A stretch of 64,000 bases of DNA from Hydrolagus colliei (lineage: Eukaryota). The translations under genes were made by a program, and so were the position numbers. Below the pieces are notes generated by a model. It had not been told where the DNA came from and did no database searches. It saw only the letters and a program-made list of their open reading frames with translations. Positions 51,883 to 63,951 of this stretch are shown in pieces; position 1 is the first letter of the stretch, and every line of letters begins with the position of its first letter. The stretch spans positions 5,270,001-5,334,000 of the forward strand of contig CM068747.1 in NCBI GenBank assembly GCA_035084275.1. Direction: 5' to 3'.

Positions 51883-52490
51883 GTGCCTTGGGACATCCTC
51901 CTGACGTGAAAGGCACTATACAAGTGTAATTGTTGTTGTTGTCGCCAAATACAGGAGCTTCCTGCAAGATCCACTGCGAACAGGAAAGGACTTTTTAAAT
52001 CATATCAACTGTACACTATTGTTGTAATAATAATAATCCTTACATTTAATATAGTGCCCTTGATGTTGGGAAGGCATCCTCAAGTGTTTCCACATTAATA
52101 TATAGAGACTGTTTATTTCTATAGACGATCAAAGCTAGAGAATTTGCCTGCAGCCATCTCCCACAAACAACAACTTGCATTTATATAGCAGCCTTCACGC
52201 AGGATAGCAACTCGGAACAATTCCATGAAGTGAATGGTCAATTTCGTCTGGGAAATTGTTTGTCAGGATACCAGTTCCCTTTGCTTTTTGAATGGGATCT
52301 TAAACATTCCCTTCAACACGCAGACAGGAACTTGGTAGAACATAATCTGAATTATAGCAACACAGATAATGTAGTACTCGACAAGCATTACATTGGAATA
52401 TCAGCCTAGGCTGAGTTCAAAATCCCTGTAAAGGGCTTGAACCCACAACCTTCTGACTCAGAGTATATGTTATTAATCGAGGAAGGCTAA
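51883..52490. mobile_element. Nest of fragments: short L2 tail (51883-51942 +), SINE tail (about 52025-52170 -), short L2-type tail (about 52166-52215 -), Deu-SINE 5' part (about 52230-52490 -)
   Basis: Each piece matches a family seen elsewhere in the window, e.g. ggcttgaacccacaaccttctgactcagag for the Deu-SINE head. Confidence 0.65.
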
Positions 52491-54733
52491 AACACAAGGA
52501 ATTAAGTTGTTTAACTAACAATTCTCTCATACGTCAATGCAATTTAAACAAATTACAGAGCAAACTGGAATATTAACTCAGGAATTGAAATCTCTGCTTC
52601 TCCCAACGGGTCAGATCTCCAAACGGTTTCCTCAGCCAAGGACATTGCAAGTGAGCAGAGATTGTAGGAGGGTAAAGTAGAAGTTAAAATGACTGTAATT
52701 CTTTTCAATAAAAGCTGTACTGATTGCTCTGTAACCTGGGTCAAGCGTAATTGTGATTTTATAACTTGTCTGTTCAAGTGGCAATGCTGACGGTGGGACA
52801 TATGCTCTCACCAATGGCTATTCTTCCTACTAGTTTGCTGCAGTTCAGAAATTTATACCGAGGTACTACCATCAAATCAATACAAGTGGAGCATTAATCA
52901 GCTATGAGAGCCATCGATTCAATCCTGAACCCCACTCTTAAAACCACCCGAGTTGTTAGGGTCGCTAATTTAAGTCAGATCAATGCCATTTCTTCCATAT
53001 AAATCTTGATGTATAAAGGCTTGCCACTTTGATGCAGGGAGCCTTTAGAATTTATACCACATGCAAAAGCCAATCATGGTGCAAGCTCTATAGTATTACC
53101 GTAAAAAATGTGCTTTCCATGTTTGTTGCGCATTGCGACATCCTCTCGATATGAAAGACGCTCTACAAATGTAATTTTGTTGTTGTGTTGCTTAGTAACA
53201 TGAAACACGAGCCAAAGTTCATAGTATCTGTGCACAAGTTGTGTTAACAACACACGCAGAACTTGCCAGCCCGCCACCTCTTCAACACCAACCGCAACTT
53301 GGTTGGTGAGAAAAAGTCAGTGATGGAAAAATCACAGGGAGAACTGAACATCAATCAACGAATACTTGTCTGAGACAATGTGACAATCTAAGTCCTTTGC
53401 AAGCTTATTGCCTGGAACTGTACTCCATCTTAACTGCTGCTGGTTGTTTCTTCTTTTTATAATTATTTCCGAACCACACATCACATCCCTCATCACAGAT
53501 TCGGTTCCATAAAAATGACTTCGGAGCAGCAGGCAGTACAAGTTGTGTATAGTGTTTGTGTGAGAGAGACACCAATTGAGATAGAGAGAGAGATACATAT
53601 AAGGAGAGAAAATTAATGGTTTACTGTGACATGTCCATTCCCACCAATTCATCAACATAGTTTAAAAATTAATCATTATTTCCAATCTTATTTCTCAATG
53701 ATTCAGGCAACATAGCGATAAACACTTTGTGGCAAAGGTACAAGTTACAAAGCCACCATGGTGGAGACACCGACCCAGCCTGCAGAAGCGAGATAAATTG
53801 ATTTCTGGACAAGGCAAAACCTTAAGGAATCCTTAAGCATGTTTCCTTGTTCCTCGCGCCTCTGTTTACCTAGCAATGGGTACAAATCCAGTTGGTATTC
53901 AATTGGCGGATCGCAGTCCAGGGGTAATAAATACAATAATAATAACTTGTTCACCTAAATTGATGGATTGTTTGTGGGACACAAACAGTCAATTCCCTTT
54001 ACAGTATATTCTGGGAGACTTCTCAACGATGTGATAACGTGCTCAACTGGAAGGATTACTATTATCGTGCAGCTTTCACCTAATTCCTACATTCATTTAT
54101 CCAATGCATACCATCAATCAAGCTGCTTGCTTCAAAAGTTTATTTCTTTTTTGCTCGCAGCTGTGAGATAAGACAAAGCAGGAGCTTGCTTCACAGACTA
54201 GGATTTTGCGAGCCATCTTTCTGGCTGCAATAATCTCAATTTCCCGAGCGCAAACGCTTAAAATATTACCACCCAATCACCAAAAGAACAAGAGTGGCTC
54301 CTTATAACTCAATGCTCTACATGGCAAGTGCTCCGTGCCTAATTGCTTTAGCCGGGCGTTAAGACATCTGTGGAGACAAAGAACGATGTCCCTCTGCATT
54401 GGCAAAGTTGCAGTGACCTCTGGCTTCCTGCTCCAAATTCCACTCTGGTTTTCACCCCCCACCGCTGGCCTGGATCTCATCAATCCATTAGCACCAAAAC
54501 AGGCTCCAAGCTGTGCCTGCAGTACACTACCCCTTTAGAACCATTTCATCCATCTGTGGGAGCCTTTGCATTCCCTTCCTGAAAGCAGTGTTGATTCAGA
54601 GCGCTCTGCAGCAAACTATCAATTTATATATACAATGGGATCCATTGACAGTGTGAGGACAAGAAGAACAATTATAGGTTACCCTGAATCCCAAACCAAG
54701 GAACATAGTGCTGGGATTAACAGTGTATTCACT

Positions 54734-54750
54734 GTCCACTAGAGGGTGGA
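54734..54750 (+). promoter_or_regulatory. CTCF-like motif
   Basis: gtCCACTAGAGGGtgga resembles the core CCASYAGRKGGC. Motif match only. Confidence 0.25.
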
Positions 54751-54767
54751 TATTTTGGTCTATAAAT

Positions 54768-54807
54768 ATATATATATATATATATATATACATTTATATA
54801 TATATAT
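54768..54807. repeat. (TA)n microsatellite
   Basis: Visible dinucleotide run with one interruption. Confidence 0.95.
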
Positions 54808-54890
54808 TTCCATCATGTGTTATATATACACAAGATACTCTATATATTGCATTTTGTCACATCAATTAAATTTCAAAACAATTCACTGGA

Positions 54891-55208
54891 TAATAATAAT
54901 AATAATCCTTCCATTTGATATAGCGCTTTTCACATCTTATCGACGTCCCAAAGCGCTTCACAGAATATACTGTAAAGTGAATTGACTGTATATTTATGGG
55001 CGAATCGCGGCAGCCAATTACGAACAGCAGTGTCCCACAAACAGTCATGGATTGAAATGTTATTATTGTGGGTTGTTTTGGACGGATTTAGGCGTGTGGA
55101 GTAAAGAAACTTGCCCAAGGTTTCGCCCTGACCCGAACACAGGTCTCCCCAGCTTGGTCTCCCCAGCTTGCAAGACAAGTGCTCTAACCACTTAGCCACA
55201 GGTGCTCC
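54891..55208 (-). mobile_element. Full-length tRNA-derived SINE (11929 family) with a 14-bp tandem duplication in the head
   Basis: (TAA)n tail, full body, head ending ccacaggtgctcc; ggtctccccagctt occurs twice at about 55142-55169. Confidence 0.9.
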
Positions 55209-57124
55209 ATCATATGGATATGATGTAAATTGGATGATTGTGTTTTTGTAGTCAACACTTTTATATTCACACACATTCATACAGACCTGGGCAGCAGTCT
55301 AGGTGATACTAGACAGAAAACAAATGACCCCTAAATGAATCACAACGTTTATTAAACCATAATCAAGTTTGACAGCCATCACATTAAATTAAATAAAAGG
55401 GCTGTGGGAGAATATTTTTATTTCTGTTGTTTGCGCGAGGGAGTTAAATCAAATAAAAACACGATTTGTTATTACCAATTGGCAGGCAGTCAAAACTACT
55501 CCCCTCTGTTTCCTGACAGAACACTTACACATTAGGTACATCAATGCAATTACATTCACACAAAAATCCAGGTCGACATACCCATCATGAAATTGTACAA
55601 CTAGATGCCACACATAGTTCTCCCATATCTTTATATCCCTCCCACCACCAACTCAATCTTACCCAGCTAGTCCCCAGCATTACTCTATTGCTAGAACAGA
55701 AAGCAGATGATTTGCTCTGTTGGCACTCTACAGTACAGAAGGACAAGAAACTAATCAACATAATAAATTCAGAGCAATGTGTATAATGGGTATATAACCA
55801 GCTGTGCAATTGCTTTGCCTCAAGGTAGGAATGTGGAGAGAAACACTGGGTATGGGTCTACATCACAAAATGTATATTATCTTAATCATTACTGAACGGC
55901 TTCACCGGCATTGCCTGTACTTAAATGCGGCATGCATACAGACACCACATATCACAACACACACACACAAACACACTCTCTCTCAAGCAATGAAGCAGAA
56001 TTATTAAAATAACTCAAGAGGAGTTTGGGCAATGAATGTTCTTTGGCCAATTTAATCAGATCCTCCCAAGTTACTCGTCCTAGAGTTTTCTATCACTGCA
56101 TTCAGTGGACTCAAAATGTTGACTCACTTTTCCTTTCTCTCGAGGCTGCCTAACCAGTTTTGTAACGGGAGGATGGAGTAGAGTCCAACGTGGCGTGGGG
56201 GGAATGAGAAGAGAAAAATGAAGGAGAAAAACAGTATGTCGGATCTACCACCTTTATATGTTTTGCCTAAACATTGGCTTCAAGCTTTTTGTCTCTGACA
56301 GATGCCTATGGCCGGGGTCTGGCTGCTCAGGTTGTAGCTCAACATTCCAGCAATTTTCTTTAAGAAAGTCAGGCATTTATATTTATAGACAGCTGGGTTC
56401 AAAAACCTATTTTGATTGGGATGTGCGAATGCTTTAATTTTGGGTGCACAGTGGGCCATTGCACAATATGTTTGGGCAAGACAAAGAGTCTTATTTATCA
56501 AACATGTTCTTTCCCCCCCCCACCACCCCACCCCCAACCAATTGAGAATATTTCATTACCAAGCAAAAAAATCAGACTTGCAGACTTCAACTGTTGCCAA
56601 AGCCCCCTGGCACTGGACCAAACCAAAATTTCAGCCTGGAAACAATGAACTGACTTTTCAGAATAGGCATTGGCATCAGCCAAAATGCCTTACAGCTAAA
56701 TTTGCTATATTTGTAAAATACAGGAGCAATGTAATGTGCTGATCAGGATTGTCGGTGCATCATTAATCAATCATATGCCAATAAACTGATTTTTTTTAAA
56801 AGGGAGAGGACGGGTATAAGAGGGATCAAGTTTTAAAAAAAGCTAACAGATTCTGTGTTTTATATATACACAGTCCTGTTGCTTTGAAGGTAAGAGCACG
56901 TAAACAGTTCACTTTTCTACAGGGCATTGGTAAGACTGCAGTTGGAATACTTCATGAAACTTGTCACAAAAAGCATTTCAAAGTCAAGGAAAGGATGCAG
57001 ATTAGATTCCTTAATCATGCGATTATACTGGAAATTGAGGGAGAGATAGTTATGTAGCTGGGATAACTTGTAATAATTGGGACTGCTTTCCATTAGACTG
57101 TTAAACATTAGAATGTTAAAAATA

Positions 57125-57435
57125 AATAAAGTGGATCTAACAGATAGCTTTAAAATGCTGTGTGTTTGAGAGTTCAGATGGTGAAAGATTATTCCTAATG
57201 GTCAGTAAAATGGTTACATGGAAACATTAGATCAGGGCTAAGAGTTAAATAAAGAGGTTGAATTAAATGTTTTCATTCAGAAAGTTATTAGTGTGTAAAT
57301 TGCTTTGTTACAAATGGCGATTGAGGCAGATGCGATAACGTTTAGAAGGAAATTGGTTAAACCCACAATTGGGATTAAAAGTTAGCTGCAGTGACTCAGC
57401 TAGAACTATGTGAGGCTCAATGAGCTGAACTGCCG
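57125..57435 (+). mobile_element. Decayed CR1 3' region
   Basis: ggatctaacagatagctttaaaatgctg...ttttcattcagaaagttattagtgtgt...tttagaaggaaattgg. Confidence 0.6.
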
Positions 57436-58479
57436 CCTCCAACACGGTCTGAGGCTTTCCACCAAAAGGACAGGAAGAAAGAACAAAACACTCATCCCAA
57501 ATCAGACTGAAATGGTTGCCTTGAACCCTTCCCTCAAGCCAAAGAAGGAAACATGTGAGTTGCCTCTTTTCAGGACAGACTGTTCCACTACCTCTCCAGT
57601 GAAGCCGCTATGGTCCCACTTGAACATTGATTTCAGAATTTCACAATGGTTTACGTATCGGGGCAATGATGAGAGTTAATCCACAGCATTGCAGGAGTAA
57701 GTCACTGTCATATTTTGGGATTATAGTACAGTACATACTAGTACTGTCCTGTTGCAGGCTTTGGGATCAGAGTGGGGATGATGGCTGGAGGAGATTGCCA
57801 AGCAAGGCTATTTGGAGGAGGAGTGGGGAGGTGGGTTCTTGCCTTGTGCGGGGGAGCACAGTTGGATTAAGTCACCGTTCCTCAACTGCCTGGAGCCTCT
57901 TTTAAAAACAGTGAATGTGAATTCTAATAAACATGCAACTCTCGCGCCAAGAAATACTGCACTTGGATCGTTATTCCATAAACCATCTGAATTACATTAC
58001 ATGGATTCTATAAACCATCTGAATTGAATTATGTGGAGTTGTTTATAATATATTTGATTTTCCCCCTCCCACAAGTTTGTTTGAGCGTGAAAGCTGGTGG
58101 GTCTGATTGCATTTGGTGCACTAAACAAAAATCGGTGCCCTAAACAAGGAAAATTCATCTGGAATACAGGATTCATCCCCCACCATCCCGGAAATTAGTC
58201 TACATTACAGTCCTCTCTCCGATTCAGACTTTCTGATAGTTTAACATGCCACAGGTGTGTGGCATTATTCTTCTTAGGATAAAATATGTGCGAGAGTGGG
58301 TCCGTGAGAGTCGAGTGCCAAGAGGGTTTGAGATGATGCCACAAAACTGAGAGAAGTATGTCATCAATGCAGAGATGTTACCTTCTTGAAGCCAACTCCT
58401 CCCTGTGCTATTTGGCTTTGACAGCCACACACAGTGGGCTCCTGTCAACCAATTCACAAGATTGGAGCTCCACAACCCT

Positions 58480-58685
58480 AATTATAATTATTATAATAAT
58501 AATAATAATCCTTGCGTTTGATATAGCGCTTCTTCACGTCTTCAAAACATTTCAAAGCACTTCACAAAATGCTTCACAAACTGTAAAGTAAATAGATTGT
58601 ATATTTTGTGGACAAAATGCGGCAGCCAATTTCCCACATCAGTGTCCCACAAACAGTTGTGAATTGAGTGACCACAATGTTTTTT
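58480..58685 (-). mobile_element. SINE 3' half with extended (ATA)n tail
   Basis: Same family as 54891. Confidence 0.8.
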
Positions 58686-58839
58686 AAAATCACTTTTTTA
58701 AAAATTATTACAACGATGAAACGTATCAGGCAGACATAAGGGGTGAGCAGAAAGAGGAACGATATTATGTAAAAAATTATTGTGTGGATTGTTCGAATTT
58801 TGCTAGTTAACAAGATTAATCCGCAAATTTCACCAGGTG

Positions 58840-59085
58840 AAATGCTGATTTCAACCGCGGCAGCCACAGTGGGAGCGTCAAATAACCCCAGTGGGTGGAG
58901 CTACTAATAATGTGGGGGAAATAGTGAAGCTGGTGGTGGGGGGGGCGAAGGAAACATACAGGATTTCTACTTCTGAGCACTATCAACAATCCCTGCATGT
59001 AATGCATGTAGAGAATGATTGAGGATACGATTGGACTAAGCTGTGCTGCGTCCTGCAGTCAGACGAACCTGCCAACAATCACCAT
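58840..59085 (+). mobile_element. LF-SINE-like fragment (central and 3' part)
   Basis: gctgatttcaaccgcggcagc...tgaggatacgattggactaagctgtgctgc...cagtcagacgaacctgccaacaatcac resembles recalled GAGGACAGGATTGGGCTCGGCTGTGATGC...CAGTCAAATAGCCTGCCGACACTCAC. Confidence 0.6.
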
Positions 59086-59879
59086 CAATAATAATAAAAT
59101 AATCCTTACATTTGATATAGCACCTTTCATGTCAATAGTCTGCCTGAAAATGCTTCACAGGATACATGCAAAGTGTAGCAGCTGTGCATTTTGAAGACTC
59201 AACGAAGACCCCCAAGGTGAACTACCAGAAAGTGACGAGCCATACGTACGAACATACCACCCACCCCCACAACGGAAAGTAAAAGCAATTGAGGAGAGGG
59301 AGAAAATAAGATTCCTTTTTGTGTACAAAACTAAGAGCACAAGAACACTGCTGTATTACTTATGTCGTGGCCTCGAGCGTTTGTGCTGTAATGAAATCGA
59401 GAATCATTTCCAAAAGAACTGTGCATTAATTTCTCCCCTCGTTTGTTCTACTTCACCGCAATTCTAATTTATTGTTTGAACTTGTTTCCATTTGAAAGCA
59501 AATGCCACCTTTGCATCAGGAGAAATAAAGAAACCATCGTCCTATCTTCTAAACTGTTTCTATGGGAGCCGATTCATTTTTTATTCAATTGCTCACTTAA
59601 AATAAACAGTCCTTTACTAGTTTATTTCATTACTCCCAAGTACAAACATGAATTGAATTAAAGTACCTTGTATATGGAACATTGCCAGTCACTTTAACTT
59701 CCAAACTTGCGTATTTATTTTTCCAAACGATATGAACTGCTCTGAGGCAGAGCTTATAATGAGGGATTTTTTTTTCAAAAAACACAACTGTTATGCCAAT
59801 ACAGGATATGCGTACAAACAAAGTCACCCAATAAATTGAACTTGCATTAATCACCATGTAAAACATTCCATCATTTTGG

Positions 59880-60105
59880 AGTCAAATCTTGCACTGGTTA
59901 GGATATAGAATGCCCTGCCTGCCGGGAACAGTGGATGAAAATCCATATTAGCTTTCAAAAGGGAACTAGATAGATGAATAGCTAAAACAAAGTAAGCTAC
60001 AGTGGTATGAAAAAACAGCAAGAAAATGGCACTGACAAATATTTCTCTTAAAAGAGCCAAGATATGCCAAAATAAATAGTATTTTTTTTACGGTTGTATC
60101 ATCTG
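59880..60105 (+). mobile_element. CR1 3' fragment
   Basis: tggttaggatatagaatgccctgcct...tttcaaaagggaactagataga...aaagagcc. Confidence 0.65.
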
Positions 60106-60264
60106 AATTCCTAAAGGGAGTTCTGATATACCAATGAAATGGTGAAGTTCAGAAACTGCACTTTAAAACTGATGGAGCCATTGCTCAATGGGTAGGATGT
60201 GTGTCTGAGCAGTGGGTAGGAGAATAGTGGTAATGTTCATATATTTAAAAATGAGTTGCAATAT

Positions 60265-60565
60265 TAATAATCCTTGCATTTAATATAGTGCTTTTCACAT
60301 CCTCTAGACATCTCAAGGCCCTCACAGAATATACTGTAAAGTGAATTGACTGTATATATGTGGACGAAACGCGGCAGCCAATTACACACAGCAGTGTTCC
60401 ACAAACAGCCGTGGATTGAATTTACCAATTTTTTTTAAAAAATGGAGGGATTATTATCAAGCATGTTGAGTAAAGAAACTTGCCCAAAGTTTCACATTGC
60501 CTGGAATTGAACCCAGGTCTCTCACTTGTCAGGAAAATACTCTAATCACTGCGCTACAGGAGCCC
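60265..60565 (-). mobile_element. Full-length tRNA-derived SINE (11929 family)
   Basis: Tail, body and head all present (minus strand GGGCTCCTGTAGCGCAGTGATTAGAG...GGGTTCAATTCC). Confidence 0.9.
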
Positions 60566-60624
60566 ACAAAGTTGCACTGCTCATCAAGAGGCTTTCTAGT
60601 TCCTATACCTGCTGTCCACCCAGT

Positions 60625-61528
60625 GCATCTGGGGACAACTTCCTCCAATTGAATGTGAGCAAGACCGAGGCCCTCCTGATCGGCTCAAGCCAGCGCCTCC
60701 GCACATCGGGCGCTGCCAGCCTCAACATCCAAGGCTGTACTCTCCACCTCACAAAGGCAGTCAGGAACCTCGGCATCATGTTCAACCATAAACTCTCCTT
60801 CCTCCCCCACATCCGTGCCTTGACCGGCACCGCTTATTTCCACCTGCGCAACATTGCCAGGCTCCGCAACTACCTCATCCCCCCGCGCTGCCGAAACACT
60901 TGTGCATGCATACATCACCTCACGGCTGGACTACGGAAACTCTCTCCTCGTCGGCCTCCCCAGTTCCTCTATTCACAGGCTGCAGGTCATCCAAAACTCT
61001 GCAGCCCATGTACTATCCCGCACCCGCCTTCGCGAACACATAACCCCCACCCTCGCCCGTCTCCACTGGCTCCCCATCCTCCAGAGGATCGAGTTCAAGA
61101 TCCTCGTCCTCACCTTCAAGGCCTTACACGGCCTTGCCCCGCCCTACCTAACCGACTTACTTTCCCCCTATAAGCCCACCCGGACCCTCCGTTCAGCAGG
61201 ACTTGGCCTGCTCCAAGCCCCCCGCCCGAACCGCCCCACCATTGGAGGCTAGGCCTTCAGTTTTTCCGCTCCCACCCTGTGGAATTCCATCCCCCAATCC
61301 CTCCGTCTTGTTTCTTCCCTTTCCTCTTTCAAGGCCGGTTTGAAGACTTTCCTCTTCAACCGTGTCTTTTGTTCCCCCCCGAAATCTTCAACCTCCCCTA
61401 CGTGTTTCACCCCTTCCCGAACACCCCCCTCCCAGCTCGGGTCACACGCCTCCTGTGCAGCGCCTTGGGACGTCCTCCGGACGTGAAAGGCGCGTTACAA
61501 GTTTAAGTTGTTGTTGTTGTTGTTGTTG
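60625..61528 (+). mobile_element. 5'-truncated L2 LINE (~900 bp): disabled RT C-terminal region, 3' UTR, (GTT)n tail
   Basis: NFLQLNVSKTE..., AVRNLG, AYFHLRNIARLR, AETLVHAYITSRLDYGNSLL.GLP, HITPTLARLHWLP...RIEFKIL are diagnostic L2 ORF2 motifs. Frameshift at the C run near 60880 and a stop at 61250-61252. Confidence 0.95.
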
Positions 61529-62464
61529 CATCAATCTACAGTATCTAGTTTCTTGTACCTGCTATCCACCCAGTCAGGGCTGAAATCTGCATTTGTTGGA
61601 TGGTATTTAATGATAGAAAAGAAAAGTGCAGCCTGCAATTTTTCTGCAGAATCCGCTATCAACTGCATCTTCTGCTAAAGGGAATGTAAACCAATTGTTC
61701 CTCTAGGTAATTTCCACCCCTCTTGAAATGGAGCGATGCTGGACTTTTGGAAGAAAACAATTTGAAGTGCAAAAAAACATTTTTAATTAGACTTTTCAGC
61801 ACAACAAATAATATTTAGCGGTAAACTGGCGGAGACTTGGAAAAGTCGGAGATAAATGCTGGGTCTGGCAGCAACCAGCCCTCCTTGTGGGAGCGATGTT
61901 CAGCAGCACCAACATTTGGAGCCGTGGAATTTGGAGCCATCATTCCATGGATCCAAATGGTGAATTTTATTTGGACTCCCAAGGAATTAATACCTTGTAA
62001 ATATTACTGCTTAGTAATGTCTGAGTTTATTTTATATGCATACACACATTTTATTCATTAGATGATTTTGAACTTTTTAAAAAATTCATTTTTGCCAAAG
62101 AAATGTTGTAATGGAAGTCAAAAAGACAATACTTGCTTGACAAGTCAACCTTGTCAGAGGTTAGCTTGTCAGAGGATAAATAAGTGGTGTGCACTCCAGC
62201 CTGGATTTGCGATTAAGCTGTATTTCCCCCCTCAAAGTTGTGTGCTCCTATTGGAAATGCAATGGAAAATACGTTGAACAACAAGTAATAAGAGTAATAG
62301 TTAGGAGAATTAACCAAACCTTTAACACGCTTGCACTTGCTCGGTTAAAAAACATTCTATTTTATTGCGTTGTTTACCTCTGTCAAAAATGTATTTTCTT
62401 CCCCCAAAAAAGTAACCTTTGAAGAAACAAAACAAGCTGGTGGGTCATAGTACACAACAACAAC

Positions 62465-62697
62465 GTGGCAACTGAGCCAGGAAGGTTCCTGGTTGAATTC
62501 CTGGTCTGTGCTGAGTTAGTCATTCCCATATGGGGCAGCAGTTTAACTTTGGTGCAACTGGATTCAATTTTCCTGGGGTTGAAGGAAGAGACAGAAAGAA
62601 ATAAGGTTCCCCTGTTTCAATTGTTATCCACCGAGTGCTACTGAAAGCTATGCACATTGTCAACATCTGGGAATTACATGTAAGGATTGGGCTTTTA
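62465..62697 (+). mobile_element. LF-SINE-like copy (best preserved in the window)
   Basis: ccaggaaggttcctggttgaattcctggtctgtgctgagttag...ggggcagcagtt...cctgggg...ttatcca...aggattgggct. Confidence 0.7.
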
Positions 62698-63951
62698 TTC
62701 ACCTACGAGGACCACGTGTCTCCTCACTCCACACTCAAACAGTAGGCCAAGACTCACTATTCTAGTGAAAAATGGGCCCTGCAGTGAGGTATTAGAAGGC
62801 TTCCAGCTTGCACTGTCCAGTTCAACACAAACTAATAATTTCGGAAGAGAAGAAAATGTGGGACAAAATCCAGGACATGTTTGGAACATTTGTGGTATGT
62901 TTTCTTGACATCACAAGCCTGTGATTATGAGAAAAATCTTGACGGTTTCCAGAGCACAAAATGTGGTGTAATACAACTGCCTCGCTGTTTATAAAACTTA
63001 CAAGTGTCTTCGGGAACCGCTATTTAAAGACAAGCAGTTTCCAGCAATTTCAGTGTTCCCGAAGGGTTAAACAGGCTGCAGTGCCAATGTGTCATACACT
63101 ACATGGAGACACTTATTTCAACGTTTCATACTGTGCAAGAAATCTAAATGCCGAGACATTTTGTTTAATGAATTCATGCCAAATAAAGCATGCCTTCAAA
63201 TCTCATACTGTCTGGTATGTTTTCTGGCAATGCAGCATTATCACTGCAGGATTTAATTTGGAACAAAAAAATACAGGGTTTAAACATTTAGAGACAATTA
63301 GGACATTGAGAGTCAGCGCCTCTGCTTGATTGATAAGGGACATCTGTCCACTGAAGAATTATTGGATTACTGACATTAGTTGGGGTGTTAGTCAAATAGT
63401 TGAGCATCAACTTAATAGGAAACAAACTGAAAAATTTGGTATCCTAACTTGTCAAACTAGATTTAGTGTTTTTGATTAGAAAGATCATCCTCCCCATCTC
63501 TGCCAAACCTTGTTGGGAGCACCAACATGCTCACTACTACACAAACGCACGTGCGTTGCCCAGATATTGCTTCCAAGGCCCATTCACCACTTGGCAGTTC
63601 TCCTGTTGGAATTTGAGAACAACCAAACTAAATATTCACGGTATTAATTTACCTCATTCTCCGAACAAAGTGAGCAGCATGGGGGCATCTTCTTCAGGAT
63701 GATGAATGTGACACTTGTTTTTGAATGGTGAGAGAGAAAGAGGACATGTGTCCCTTTTGGCACATAGCCACCACACTCCGGCAACTTGCCAAAGCTCTTT
63801 TGATCTAATTTGTTACCACTGGTGTTGCTGGTAAACAAAAAGGGATGGAAAAAAAAGTTTACAAACACTTTTTCATGAAGATTCTGTCCCCTTTAATTGT
63901 TCCTTTCAAATCCTGTGTATGATAAGAAACATGTTTTAAAGCCTCTGCCAA

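Noticed and set aside
57977-58025. Short tandem duplications (also at about 20296, 40181, 43651, 51819 and 62150)
   Set aside because: Two or three units of 10-16 bp, ordinary replication slippage.
60526-61252. Longest ORFs (215 aa and 132 aa) as a host or active RT gene
   Set aside because: Two frames of one 5'-truncated, frameshifted L2 ORF2 lacking the catalytic core; the first ORF's start lies in the neighbouring SINE.
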